Assembly: GCA_964016885.1 (NCBI GenBank)
Contig: OZ024741.1
Location: 28,830,001 to 28,894,000, forward strand
Direction: 5' to 3'
Length of the DNA stretch: 64,000 bases
Source of the DNA: Eledone cirrhosa
Lineage: Eukaryota
Shown: piece by piece, positions 11,901 through 25,405 of the stretch
Layout of the letters: every line of letters begins with the position of its first letter
How positions within the stretch are numbered: position 1 is the stretch's first letter
Made by a program: the position numbers and the translations under genes
Notes under the pieces: generated by a model
Told to the model about the DNA's origin: nothing
The model's database searches: none
What the model saw: the letters and a program-made list of their open reading frames with translations, nothing else

Positions 11901-14900
11901 GTGGTGGTGCAGTTATAACAGTGGCACACATTGTCTCAGAGTGTCTGGAGAAGATGTATCTCCTCTGTGTCTATTGTGTGGTGGTGCAGTTATAACAGTG
12001 GCATACATTGTCTCAGAGTGTCTGGAGAAGATGTATCTCCTCTGTGTCTATTGTGTGGAGGTGCAGTTATAACAGTGGCACACATTGTCTCAGAGTATCT
12101 GGAGAAGATGTATCTCCTCTGTGTCTATTGTGTGGTGGTGCAGTTATAACAGTGGCGGACATTGTCTCAGAGTGTCTGAAAAAGATGTATCTCCCCTGTG
12201 TCTATTGTGTAGTGGTGCAGTTATAACAGTGGCACACATTGTCTCAGAGTGTCTGGAGAAGATGTATCTCCTCTGTGTCTATTGTGTGGTGGTGCAGTTA
12301 TAACAGTGGCGGACATTGTCTCAGAGTGTCTGAAAAAGATTTATCTCCCCTGTGTCTATTGTGTAGTGGTGCAGTTATAACAGTGGTACACATTGTCTCA
12401 GAGTGTCTGGAGAAGATGTATCTCCTCTGTGTCTATTGTGTGGTGGTGCAGTTATAACAGTGGAACACATTGTCTCAGAGTGTCTGGAGAAGATGTATCT
12501 CCTCTGTGTCTATTGTGTGGAGGTGCAGTTATAACAGTGGCACACTATGTCTCAGAGTGTCTGGAGAAGATGTACCTCCCCCGTGTCTATTGTGTGGTGG
12601 TGCAGTTATAACAGTGGCACACATTGTCTCATAGTGTCTGGAGAAGATGTATCTCCTCTGTGTCTATTGTGTAGTGATGCAGTTATAACAGTGGTACACA
12701 TTGTCTCAGAGTGTCTGGAGAAGATGTTTCTCCTCTGTGTCTATTGTGTGCTGGTGCAGTAATAACAGTGGCACACATTGTCTCAGAGTGTCTGGAGAAG
12801 ATGTATCACCCCCGTGTCTATTGTGTGGTGGTGCAGTTATAACAGTGGCACACTATGTCTCAGAGTGTCTGGAGAAGATGTTTCTCCTCTGTGTCTATTG
12901 TGTGGTGGTGCAGTTATAACGGTGGCACACATTGTCTCAGAGTGTCTGGAGAAGATGTATCTCCTCTGTGTCTATTGTGTAGTGGTGCAGTTATAACAGT
13001 GGCATATATTGTCTCAGAATGTCTGGAGAAGATGTATCTCCTCTGTGTCTATTGTGTCGTGGTGCAGTTATAACAGTGGCATACATTGTCTCAGAGTGTC
13101 TGGAGAAGACGTTTCTCCTCTGTGTCTATTGTGTGGTGGTGCAGTTATAACAGTGGCACACATTGTCTCAGAGTGTCTGGAGAAGATGTTTCTGCTCTGT
13201 GTCTATTGTGTGGTGGTGCAGTTATAACAGTGGCATATATTGTCTCAGAGTGTCTGGAGAAGATGTATCTCCTCTGTGTCTATTGTGTGGTGGTGCAGTT
13301 ATAACAGTGGCACACATTGTCTCAGAGTGTCTGGGGAAGTTGTATCTCCTCTGTGTCTATTGTGTGCTGGTGAATTTATAACAGTGGCACACATTGTCTC
13401 AGAGTGTCTGGAGAAGATGTATCTCCTCTGTGTCTATTGTGTGGTGGTACAGTAATAACAGTGGCACACTATGTCTCAGAGTGTCTGGAGAAGATGTATC
13501 TCCCCCGTGTCTATTGTGTGGTGGTGCAGTTATAACAGTGGCACACATTGTCTCAGAGTGTCTGGAGAAGATGTATCTCCTCTGTGTCTATTGTGTGGAG
13601 GTGCAGTCATAACAGTGGCATACATTGTCTCAGAGTGTCTGGAGAAGATGTATCTCCTCTGTGTCTATTGTGTAGTGGTGCAGTTATAACAGTGGCATAC
13701 ATTGTCTCAGAGTGTCTGGAGAAGATGTATCTCCTCTGTGTCTATTGTGTGGTGGTGCAGTTATAACAGTGGCACACATTGTCTCAGAGTGTCTGGAGAA
13801 GATGTATCTCCTCTGTGTCTATTGTGTGGTGGTGCAGTTATAACAGTGGCATACATTGTCTCAGAGTGTCTGGAGAAGATGTATCTCCCCCGTGTCTATT
13901 GTGTGGTGGTGCAGTTATAACAGTGGCACACATTGTCTCAGAGTGTCTGGGGAAGTTGTATCTCCTCTGTGTCTATTGTGTGCTGGTGAATTTATAACAG
14001 TGGCACACATTGTCTCAGAGTGTCTGGAGAAGATGTATCTCCTCTGTGTCTATTGTGTGGTGGTACAGTAATAACAGTGGCACACTATGTCTCAGAGTGT
14101 CTGGAGAAGATGTATCTCCCCCGTGTCTATTGTGTGGTGGTGCAGTTATAACAGTGGCACACATTGTCTCAGAGTGTCTGGAGAAGATGTATCTCCTCTG
14201 TGTCTATTGTGTGGAGGTGCAGTCATAACAGTGGCATACATTTTCTCAGAGTGTTTGGAGAAGATGTATCTCCTCTGTGTCTATTGTGTAGTGGTGCAGT
14301 TATAACAGTGGCATACATTGTCTCAGAGTGTCTGGAGAAGATGTATCTCCTCTGTGTCTATTGTGTGGTGGTGCAGTTATAACAGTGGCACACATTGTCT
14401 CAGAGTGTCTGGAGAAGATGTATCTCCTCTGTGTCTATTGTGTGGTGGTGCAGTTATAACAGTGGCGGACATTGTCTCAGAGTGTCTGAAAAAGATGTAT
14501 CTCCCCTGTGTATATTGTGTGGTTGTGCAGTTATAACAGTGGCACACATTGTCTCAGAGTGTCTGGAGAATATGTTTCTCCTCTGTGTCTATTGTGTGGT
14601 GGTGCAGTTATAACGGTGGCACACATTGTCTCAGAGTGTCTGGAGAAGATGTATCTCCTCTGTGTCTATTGTGTAGTGATGCAATTATAACAGTGGCACA
14701 CATTGTCTCAGAGTGTCTGGAGAATATGTTTCTCCTCTGTGTCTATTGTGTGGTGGTGCAGTTATAACAGTGGCACACATTGTCTCAGAGTGTCTGGAGA
14801 AGATGTATCTCCTCTGTGCCTATTGTGTGGTGGTGCAGTTATAACAGTGGCGGACATTGTCTCAGAGTGTCTGAAAAAGATGTATCTCCCCTGTGTCTAT

Positions 14901-17707
14901 TGTGGGGTGGTGCAGTTATAACAGTGTCACACATTGTCTCAGAGTGTCTGGAGAAGATGTATCTCCTCTGTGTCTATTGTGTGGAGGTGCAGTTATAACA
15001 GTGGCATACATTGTCTCAGAGTGTCTGGAGAAGATGTATCTCCTCTGTGTCTATTGTGTGGTGGTGCAGTTATAACAGTGGCACACATTGTCTCAGAGTG
15101 TCTGGAGAAGATGTATCTCCTCTGTGTCTATTGTGTGGTGGTGCAGTTATAACAGTGGCATACATTGTCTCAGAGTGTCTGGAGAAGATGTATCTCCTCT
15201 GTGTCTATTGTGTGGAGGTGCAGTTATAACAGTGGCACACATTGTCTCAGAGTGTCTGGAGAAGATGTATCTCCTCTGTGTCTATTGTGTGGTGGTGCAG
15301 TTATAACAGTGGCGGACATTGTCTCAGAGTGTCTGAAAAAGATGTATCTCCCCCGTGTCTATTGTGTGGTGGTGCAGTTATAACAGTGGCACACATTGTC
15401 TCAGAGTGTCTGGAGAAGATGTATCTCCTCTGTGTCTATTGTGTGGAGGTGCAGTCATAACAGTGGCATACATTGTCTCAGAGTGTCTGGAGAAGATGTA
15501 TCTCCTCTGTGTCTATTGTGTAGTGGTGCAGTTATAACAGTGGCATACATTGTCTCAGAGTGTCTGGAGAAGATGTATCTCCTCTGTGTCTATTGTGTGG
15601 TGGTGCAGTTATAACAGTGGCACACATTGTCTCAGAGTGTCTGGAGAAGATGTTTCTCCTCTGTGTCTATTGTGTGGTGGTGCAGTTATAACGGTGGCAC
15701 ACATTGTCTCAGAGTGTCTGGAGAAGATGTATCTCCTCTGTGTCTATTGTGTGGTGGTGCAGTTATAACAGTGGCACACATTGTCTCAGAGTGTCTGGAG
15801 AAGATGTATCTCCTCTGTGTCTATTGTGTGGTGGTGCAGTTATAACAGTGGCGGACATTGTCTCAGAGTGTCTGAAAAAGATGTATCTCCCCTGTGTATA
15901 TTGTGTGGTTGTGCAGTTATAACAGTGGCACACATTGTCTCAGAGTGTCTGGAGAATATGTTTCTCCTCTGTGTCTATTGTGTGGTGGTGCAGTTATAAC
16001 GGTGGCACACATTGTCTCAGAGTGTCTGGAGAAGATGTATCTCCTCTGTGCCTATTGTGTGGTGGTGCAGTTATAACAGTGGCGGACATTGTCTCAGAGT
16101 GTCTGAAAAAGATGTATCTCCCCTGTGTCTATTGTGGGGTGGTGCAGTTATAACAGTGGCACACATTGTCTCAGAGTGTCTGGAGAAGATGTATCTCCTC
16201 TGTGTCTATTGTGTGGAGGTGCAGTTATAACAGTGGCATACATTGTCTCAGAGTGTCTGGAGAAGATGTATCTCCTCTGTGTCTATTGTGTGGTGGTGCA
16301 GTTATAACAGTGGCACACATTGTCTCAGAGTGTCTGGAGAAGATGTATCTCCTCTGTGTCTATTGTGTGGTGGTGCAGTTATAACAGTGGCATACATTGT
16401 CTCAGAGTGTCTGGAGAAGATGTATCTCCTCTGTGTCTATTGTGTGGAGGTGCAGTTATAACAGTGGCACACATTGTCTCAGAGTATCTGGAGAAGATGT
16501 ATCTCCTCTGTGTCTATTGTGTGGTGGTGCAGTTATAACAGTGGCGGACATTGTCTCAGAGTGTCTGAAAAAGATGTATCTCCCCTGTGTCTATTGTGTA
16601 GTGGTGCAGTTATAACAGTGGCACACATTGTCTCAGAGTGTCTGGAGAAGATGTATCTCCTCTGTGTCTATTGTGTGGTGGTGCAGTTATAACAGTGGCG
16701 GACATTGTCTCAGAGTGTCTGAAAAAGATTTATCTCCCCTGTGTCTATTGTGTAGTGGTGCAGTTATAACAGTGGTACACATTGTCTCAGAGTGTCTGGA
16801 GAAGATGTATCTCCTCTGTGTCTATTGTGTGGTGGTGCAGTTATAACAGTGGAACACATTGTCTCAGAGTGTCTGGAGAAGATGTATCTCCTCTGTGTCT
16901 ATTGTGTGGAGGTGCAGTTATAACAGTGGCACACTATGTCTCAGAGTGTCTGGAGAAGATGTACCTCCCCCGTGTCTATTGTGTGGTGGTGCAGTTATAA
17001 CAGTGGCACACATTGTCTCATAGTGTCTGGAGAAGATGTATCTCCTCTGTGTCTATTGTGTAGTGATGCAGTTATAACAGTGGTACACATTGTCTCAGAG
17101 TGTCTGGAGAAGATGTTTCTCCTCTGTGTCTATTGTGTGCTGGTGCCGTAATAACAGTGGCACACATTGTCTCAGAGTGTCTGGAGAAGATGTATCACCC
17201 CCGTGTCTATTGTGTGGTGGTGCAGTTATAACAGTGGCACACTATGTCTCAGAGTGTCTGGAGAAGATGTTTCTCCTCTGTGTCTATTGTGTGGTGGTGC
17301 AGTTATAACGGTGGCACACATTGTCTCAGAGTGTCTGGAGAAGATGTATCTCCTCTGTGTCTATTGTGTAGTGGTGCAGTTATAACAGTGGCATATATTG
17401 TCTCAGAATGTCTGGAGAAGATGTATCTCCTCTGTGTCTATTGTGTCGTGGTGCAGTTATAACAGTGGCATACATTGTCTCAGAGTGTCTGGAGAAGACG
17501 TTTCTCCTCTGTGTCTATTGTGTGGTGGTGCAGTTATAACAGTGGCACACATTGTCTCAGAGTGTCTGGAGAAGATGTTTCTGCTCTGTGTCTATTGTGT
17601 GGTGGTGCAGTTATAACAGTGGCATATATTGTCTCAGAGTGTCTGGAGAAGATGTATCTCCTCTGTGTCTATTGTGTGGTGGTGCAGTTATAACAGTGGC
17701 ATACATT
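8930..17707. repeat. Tandem higher-order duplication with period 4389 bp (57 monomers), two near-identical copies
   Basis: The ORF series 9005-13163 is repeated at 13394-17552. Shared rare variants include ATTTTCTC..GTTTGG, GAGTATCT, GATTTATC, GTACCTCC and TTCTGCTC. Confidence 0.93.
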
Positions 17708-20554
17708 GTCTCAGAGTGTCTGGAGAAGATGTATCTCCTCTGTGTCCATTGTGTGGTTGTGCAGTTATAACAGTGGAACACATTGTCTCACAGTGTCTGG
17801 AGAAGATGTATCTCCTCTGTGTCTATTGTGTGGTGGTGCAGTTATAACAGTGGAACACATTGTCTCAGAGTGTCTGGAGAAGATGTATCTCCTCTGTGTC
17901 TATTGTGTGGTGCTGCAGTTATAACAGTGGAACACATTGCCTCAGAGTGTCTGGAGAAGATGTATCTCCTCTGTGTCTATTGTGTGGTGGTGCAGTTATA
18001 ACAGTGGCACACATTGTCTCAGAGTGTCTGAAAAAGATGTATCTCCTCTGTGTCTATTGTGTAGTGGTGCAGTTATAACAGTGGCACACATTGTCTCAGA
18101 GTGTCTGGAGAAGATGTATCTCTTCTGTGTCTAATGTGTGGTGGTGCAGTTATAACAGTGGCACACATTGTCTCAGAGTGTCTGGAGAAGATGTATCTCT
18201 TCTGTGTCTAATGTGTGGTGGTGCAGTTATAACAGTGGCACACATTGTCTCAGAGTGTCTGGAGAAGATGTATCTCTTCTGTGTCTATTGTGTGGTGGTG
18301 CAGTTATAACAGTGGCACACATTGTCTCAGAGTGTCTGGAGAAGATGTATCTCTTCTGTGTCTAATGTGTGGTGGTGCAGTTATAACAGTGGCACACATT
18401 GTCTCAGAGTGCCTGGAGAAGATGTATCTCCTCTGTGTCTATTGTGTGGTGGTGCAGTTATAACGGTGGCACACATTGTCTCAGAGTGTCTGGAGAAGAT
18501 GTATCTCCTCTGTGCCTATTGTGTGGTGGTGCAGTTATAACAGTGGCGGACATTGTCTCAGAGTGTCTGAAAAAGATGTATCTCCCCTGTGTCTATTGTG
18601 GGGTGGTGCAGTTATAACAGTGGCACACATTGTCTCAGAGTGTCTGGAGAAGATGTATCTCCTCTGTGTCTATTGTGTGGAGGTGCAGTTATAACAGTGG
18701 CATACATTGTCTCAGAGTGTCTGGAGAAGATGTATCTCCTCTGTGTCTATTGTGTGGTGGTGCAGTTATAACAGTGGCACACATTGTCTCAGAGTGTCTG
18801 GAGAAGATGTATCTCCTCTGTGTCTATTGTGTGGTGGTGCAGTTATAACAGTGGCATACATTGTCTCAGAGAGTCTGGAGAAGATGTATCTCCTCTGTGT
18901 CTATTGTGTGGAGGTGCAGTTATAACAGTGGCACACATTGTCTCAGGGTGTCTGAAAAAGATGTATCTCCCCTGTGTCTATTGTGTAGTGGTGCAGTTAT
19001 AACAGTGGCACACATTGTCTCAGAGTGTCTGGAGAAGATGTATCTCCTCTGTGTCTATTGTGTGGTGGTGCAGTTATAACAGTGGCGGACATTGTCTCAG
19101 AGTGTCTGAAAAAGATGTATCTCCCCTGTGTCTATTGTGTAGTGGTGCAGTTATAACAGTGGTACACATTGTCTCAGAGTGTCTGGAGAAGATGTATCTC
19201 CTCTGTGTCTATTGTGTGGTGGTGCAGTTATAACAGTGGAACACATTGTCTCAGAGTGTCTGGAGAAGATGTATCTCCTCTGTGTCTATTGTGTGGAGGT
19301 GCAGTTATAACGGTGGCACACATTGTCTCAGAGTGTCTGGAGAAGATGTATCTCCTCTGTGTCTATTGTGTAGTGATGCAATTATAACAGTGGCACACAT
19401 TGTCTCAGAGTGTCTGGAGAATATGTTTCTCCTCTGTGTCTATTGTGTGGTGGTGCAGTTATAACGGTGGCACACATTGTCTCAGAGTGTCTGGAGAAGA
19501 TGTATCTCCTCTGTGCCTATTGTGTGGTGGTGCAGTTATAACAGTGGCGGACATTGTCTCAGAGTGTCTGAAAAAGATGTATCTCCCCTGTGTCTATTGT
19601 GGGGTGGTGCAGTTATAACAGTGGCACACATTGTCTCAGAGTGTCTGGAGAAGATGTATCTCCTCTGTGTCTATTGTGTGGAGGTGCAGTTATAACAGTG
19701 GCATACATTGTCTCAGAGTGTCTGGAGAAGATGTATCTCCTCTGTGTCTATTGTGTGGTGGTGCAGTTATAACAGTGGCACACATTGTCTCAGAGTGTCT
19801 GGAGAAGATGTATCTCCTCTGTGTCTATTGTGTGGTGGTGCAGTTATAACAGTGGCATACATTGTCTCAGAGTGTCTGGAGAAGATGTATCTCCTCTGTG
19901 TCTATTGTGTGGAGGTGCAGTTATAACAGTGGCACACATTGTCTCAGAGTGTCTGGAGAAGATGTATCTCCTCTGTGTCTATTGTGTGGTGGTGCAGTTA
20001 TAACAGTGGCGGACATTGTCTCAGAGTGTCTGAAAAAGATGTATCTCCCCTGTGTCTATTGTGTAGTGGTGCAGTTATAACAGTGGCACACATTGTCTCA
20101 GAGTGTCTGGAGAAGATGTATCTCCTCTGTGTCTATTGTGTGGTGGTGCAGTTATAACAGTGGCGGACATTGTCTCAGAGTGTCTGAAAAAGATGTATCT
20201 CCCCTGTGTCTATTGTGTAGTGGTGCAGTTATAACAGTGGTACACATTGTCTCAGAGTGTCTGGAGAAGATGTATCTCCTCTGTGTCTATTGTGTGGTGG
20301 TGCAGTTATAACAGTGGAACACATTGTCTCAGAGTGTCTGGAGAAGATGTATCTCCTCTGTGTCTATTGTGTGGAGGTGCAGTTATAACAGTGGCACACT
20401 ATGTCTCAGAGTGTCTGGAGTAGATGTATCTCCCCCGTGTCTATTGTGTGGTGGTGCAGTTATAACAGTGGCACACATTGTCTCATAGTGTCTGGAGAAG
20501 ATGTATCTCCTCTGTGTCTATTGTGTAGTGATGCAGTTATAACAGTGGTACACA

Positions 20555-23500
20555 TTGTCTCAGAGTGTCTGGAGAAGATGTTTCTCCTCTGTGTCTATTG
20601 TGTGGTGGTGCAGTAATAACAGTGGCACACATTGTCTCAGAGTGTCTGGAGAAGATGTATCACCCCCGTGTCTATTGTGTGGTGGTGCAGTTATAACAGT
20701 GGCACACTATGTCTCAGAGTGTCTGGAGAAGATGTTTCTCCTCTGTGTCTATTGTGTGGTGGTGCAGTTATAACGGTAGCACACATTGTCTCAGAGTGTC
20801 TGGAGAAGATGTATCTCCTCTGTGTCTATTGTGTAGTGGTGCAGTTATAACAGTGGCATATATTGTCTCAGAGTGTCTGGAGAAGATGTATCTCCTCTGT
20901 GTCTATTGTGTCGTGGTGCAGTTATAACAATGGCATACATTGTCTCAGAGTGTCTGGAGAAGATGTATCTCCTCTGTGTCTATTGTGTAGTGGTGCAGTT
21001 ATAACAGTGGCATACATTGTCTCAGAGTGTCTGGAGAAGACGTTTCTCCTCTGTGTCTATTGTGTGGTGGTGCAGTTATAACAGTGGCACACATTGTCTC
21101 AGAGTGTCTGGAGAAGATGTTTCTGCTCTGTGTCTATTGTGTGGTGGTGCAGTTATAACAGTGGCATATATTGTCTCAGAGTGTCTGGAGAAGATGTATC
21201 TCCTCTGTGTCTATTGTGTGGTGGTGCAGTTATAACAGTGGCATACATTGTCTCAGAGTGTCTGGAGAAGATGTATCTCCTCTGTGTCCATTGTGTGGTG
21301 GTGCAGTTATAACAGTGGAACACATTGTCTCACAGTGTCTGGAGAACATGTATCTCCTCTGTGTCTATTGTGTGGTGGTGCAGTTATAACAGTGGAACAC
21401 ATTGTCTCAGAGTGTCTGGAGAAGATGTATCTCCTCTGTGTCTATTGTGTGGTGCTGCAGTTATAACAGTGGAACACATTGCCTCAGAGTGTCTGGAGAA
21501 GATGTATCTCCTCTGTGTCTATTGTGTGGTGGTGCAGTTATAACAGTGGCACACATTGTCTCAGAGTGTCTGAAAAAGATGTATCTCCTCTGTGTCTATT
21601 GTGTAGTGGTGCAGTTATAACAGTGGCACACATTGTCTCAGAGTGTCTGGAGAAGATGTATCTCTTCTGTGTCTAATGTGTGGTGGTGCAGTTATAACAG
21701 TGGCACACATTGTCTCAGAGTGTCTGGAGAAGATGTATCTCTTCTGTGTCTAATGTGTGGTGGTGCAGTTATAACAGTGGCACACATTGTCTCAGAGTGT
21801 CTGGAGAAGATGTATCTCTTCTGTGTCTATTGTGTGGTGGTGCAGTTATAACAGTGGCACACATTGTCTCAGAGTGTCTGGAGAAGATGTATCTCTTCTG
21901 TGTCTAATGTGTGGTGGTGCAGTTATAACAGTGGCACACATTGTCTCAGAGTGCCTGGAGAAGATGTATCTCCTCTGTGTCTATTGTGTGGTGGTGCAGT
22001 TATAACGGTGGCACACATTGTCTCAGAGTGTCTGGAGAAGATGTATCTCCTCTGTGCCTATTGTGTGGTGGTGCAGTTATAACAGTGGCGGACATTGTCT
22101 CAGAGTGTCTGAAAAAGATGTATCTCCCCTGTGTCTATTGTGGGGTGGTGCAGTTATAACAGTGGCACACATTGTCTCAGAGTGTCTGGAGAAGATGTTT
22201 CTCCTCTGTGTCTATTGTGTGGTGGTGCAGTAATAACAGTGGCACACATTGTCTCAGAGTGTCTGGAGAAGATGTATCACCCCCGTGTCTATTGTGTGGT
22301 GGTGCAGTTATAACAGTGGCACACTATGTCTCAGAGTGTCTGGAGAAGATGTTTCTCCTCTGTGTCTATTGTGTGGTGGTGCAGTTATAACGGTGGCACA
22401 CATTGTCTCAGAGTGTCTGGAGAAGATGTATCTCCTCTGTGTCTATTGTGTAGTGGTGCAGTTATAACAGTGGCATATATTGTCTCAGAGTGTCTGGAGA
22501 AGATGTATCTCCTCTGTGTCTATTGTGTCGTGGTGCAGTTATAACAATGGCATACATTGTCTCAGAGTGTCTGGAGAAGATGTATCTCCTCTGTGTCTAT
22601 TGTGTAGTGGTGCAGTTATAACAGTGGCATACATTGTCTCAGAGTGTCTGGAGAAGACGTTTCTCCTCTGTGTCTATTGTGTGGTGGTGCAGTTATAACA
22701 GTGGCACACATTGTCTCAGAGTGTCTGGAGAAGATGTTTCTGCTCTGTGTCTATTGTGTGGTGGTGCAGTTATAACAGTGGCATATATTGTCTCAGAGTG
22801 TCTGGAGAAGATGTATCTCCTCTGTGTCTATTGTGTGGTGGTGCAGTTATAACAGTGGCATACATTGTCTCAGAGTGTCTGGAGAAGATGTATCTCCTCT
22901 GTGTCCATTGTGTGGTGGTGCAGTTATAACAGTGGAACACATTGTCTCACAGTGTCTGGAGAAGATGTATCTCCTCTGTGTCTATTGTGTGGTGGTGCAG
23001 TTATAACAGTGGAACACATTGTCTCAGAGTGTCTGGAGAAGATGTATCTCCTCTGTGTCTATTGTGTGGTGCTGCAGTTATAACAGTGGAACACATTGCC
23101 TCAGAGTGTCTGGAGAAGATGTATCTCCTCTGTGTCTATTGAGTGGTGGTGCAGTTATAACAGTGGCACACATTGTCTCAGAGTGTCTGAAATAGATGTA
23201 TCTCCTCTGTGTCTATTGTGTAGTGGTGCAGTTATAACAGTGGCACACATTGTCTCAGAGTGTCTGGAGAAGATGTATCTCTTCTGTGTCTAATGTGTGG
23301 TGGTGCAGTTATAACAGTGGCACACATTGTCTCAGAGTGTCTGGAGAAGATGTATCTCTTCTGTGTCTAATGTGTGGTGGTGCAGTTATAACAGTGGCAC
23401 ACATTGTCTCAGAGTGTCTGGAGAAGATGTATCTCTTCTGTGTCTATTGTGTGGTGGTGCAGTTATAACAGTGGCACACATTGTCTCAGAGTGTCTGGAG

Positions 23501-25405
23501 AAGATGTATCTCTTCTGTGTCTAATGTGTGGTGGTGCAGTTATAACAGTGGCACACATTGTCTCAGAGTGCCTGGAGAAGATGTATCTCCTCTGTGTCTA
23601 TTGTGTGGTGGTGCAGTTATAACGGTGGCACACATTGTCTCAGAGTGTCTGGAGAAGATGTATCTCCTCTGTGCCTATTGTGTGGTGGTGCAGTTATAAC
23701 AGTGGCGGACATTGTCTCAGAGTGTCTGAAAAAGATGTATCTCCCCTGTGTCTATTGTGGGGTGGTGCAGTTATAACAGTGGCACACATTGTCTCAGAGT
23801 GTCTGGAGAAGATGTTTCTCCTCTGTGTCTATTGTGTGGTGGTGCAGTAATAACAGTGGCACACATTGTCTCAGAGTGTCTGGAGAAGATGTATCACCCC
23901 CGTGTCTATTGTGTGGTGGTGCAGTTATAACAGTGGCACACTATGTCTCAGAGTGTCTGGAGAAGATGTTTCTCCTCTGTGTCTATTGTGTGGTGGTGCA
24001 GTTATAACGGTGGCACACATTGTCTCAGAGTGTCTGGAGAAGATGTATCTCCTCTGTGTCTATTGTGTAGTGGTGCAGTTATAACAGTGGCATATATTGT
24101 CTCAGAGTGTCTGGAGAAGATGTATCTCCTCTGTGTCTATTGTGTCGTGGTGCAGTTATAACAATGGCATACATTGTCTCAGAGTGTCTGGAGAAGATGT
24201 ATCTCCTCTGTGTCTATTGTGTAGTGGTGCAGTTATAACAGTGGCATACATTGTCTCAGAGTGTCTGGAGAAGACGTTTCTCCTCTGTGTCTATTGTGTG
24301 GTGGTGCAGTTATAACAGTGGCACACATTGTCTCAGAGTGTCTGGAGAAGATGTTTCTGCTCTGTGTCTATTGTGTGGTGGTGCAGTTATAACAGTGGCA
24401 TATATTGTCTCAGAGTGTCTGGAGAAGATGTATCTCCTCTGTGTCTATTGTGTGGTGGTGCAGTTATAACAGTGGCATACATTGTCTCAGAGTGTCTGGA
24501 GAAGATGTATCTCCTCTGTGTCCATTGTGTGGTGGTGCAGTTATAACAGTGGAACACATTGTCTCACAGTGTCTGGAGAAGATGTATCTCCTCTGTGTCT
24601 ATTGTGTGGTGGTGCAGTTATAACAGTGGAACACATTGTCTCAGAGTGTCTGGAGAAGATGTATCTCCTCTGTGTCTATTGTGTGGTGCTGCAGTTATAA
24701 CAGTGGAACACATTGCCTCAGAGTGTCTGGAGAAGATGTATCTCCTCTGTGTCTATTGAGTGGTGGTGCAGTTATAACAGTGGCACACATTGTCTCAGAG
24801 TGTCTGAAATAGATGTATCTCCTCTGTGTCTATTGTGTAGTGGTGCAGTTATAACAGTGGCACACATTGTCTCAGAGTGTCTGGAGAAGATGTATCTCTT
24901 CTGTGTCTAATGTGTGGTGGTGCAGTTATAACAGTGGCACACATTGTCTCAGAGTGTCTGGAGAAGATGTATCTCTTCTGTGTCTAATGTGTGGTGGTGC
25001 AGTTATAACAGTGGCACACATTGTCTCAGAGTGTCTGGAGAAGATGTATCTCTTCTGTGTCTATTGTGTGGTGGTGCAGTTATAACAGTGGCACACATTG
25101 TCTCAGAGTGTCTGGAGAAGATGTATCTCTTCTGTGTCTAATGTGTGGTGGTGCAGTTATAACAGTGGCACACATTGTCTCAGAGTGCCTGGAGAAGATG
25201 TATCTCCTCTGTGTCTATTGTGTGGTGGTGCAGTTATAACGGTGGCACACATTGTCTCAGAGTGTCTGGAGAAGATGTATCTCCTCTGTGCCTATTGTGT
25301 GGTGGTGCAGTTATAACAGTGGCGGACATTGTCTCAGAGTGTCTGAAAAAGATGTATCTCCCCTGTGTCTATTGTGGGGTGGTGCAGTTATAACAGTGGC
25401 ACACA
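20555..25405. repeat. 21-monomer (1617 bp) higher-order repeat, three tandem copies, with further partial copies near 17170-18620 and 26180-27300
   Basis: ORFs at 20555/22172/23789 and 21941/23558/25175 are spaced exactly 1617 apart. Ordered markers: TCACCCCCG, TGTCGTGG, GACGTTT, GTCCATT, CTCACAG, GTGCTGC, TTGCCTC, CTAATG. Confidence 0.92.

Noticed and set aside
17789-17795. V(D)J RSS heptamer CACAGTG created by a variant (also in the 21-mer copies)
   Set aside because: No ACAAAAACC nonamer at 12 or 23 bp spacing and no gene segments. It is a single substitution in CAGAGTG.
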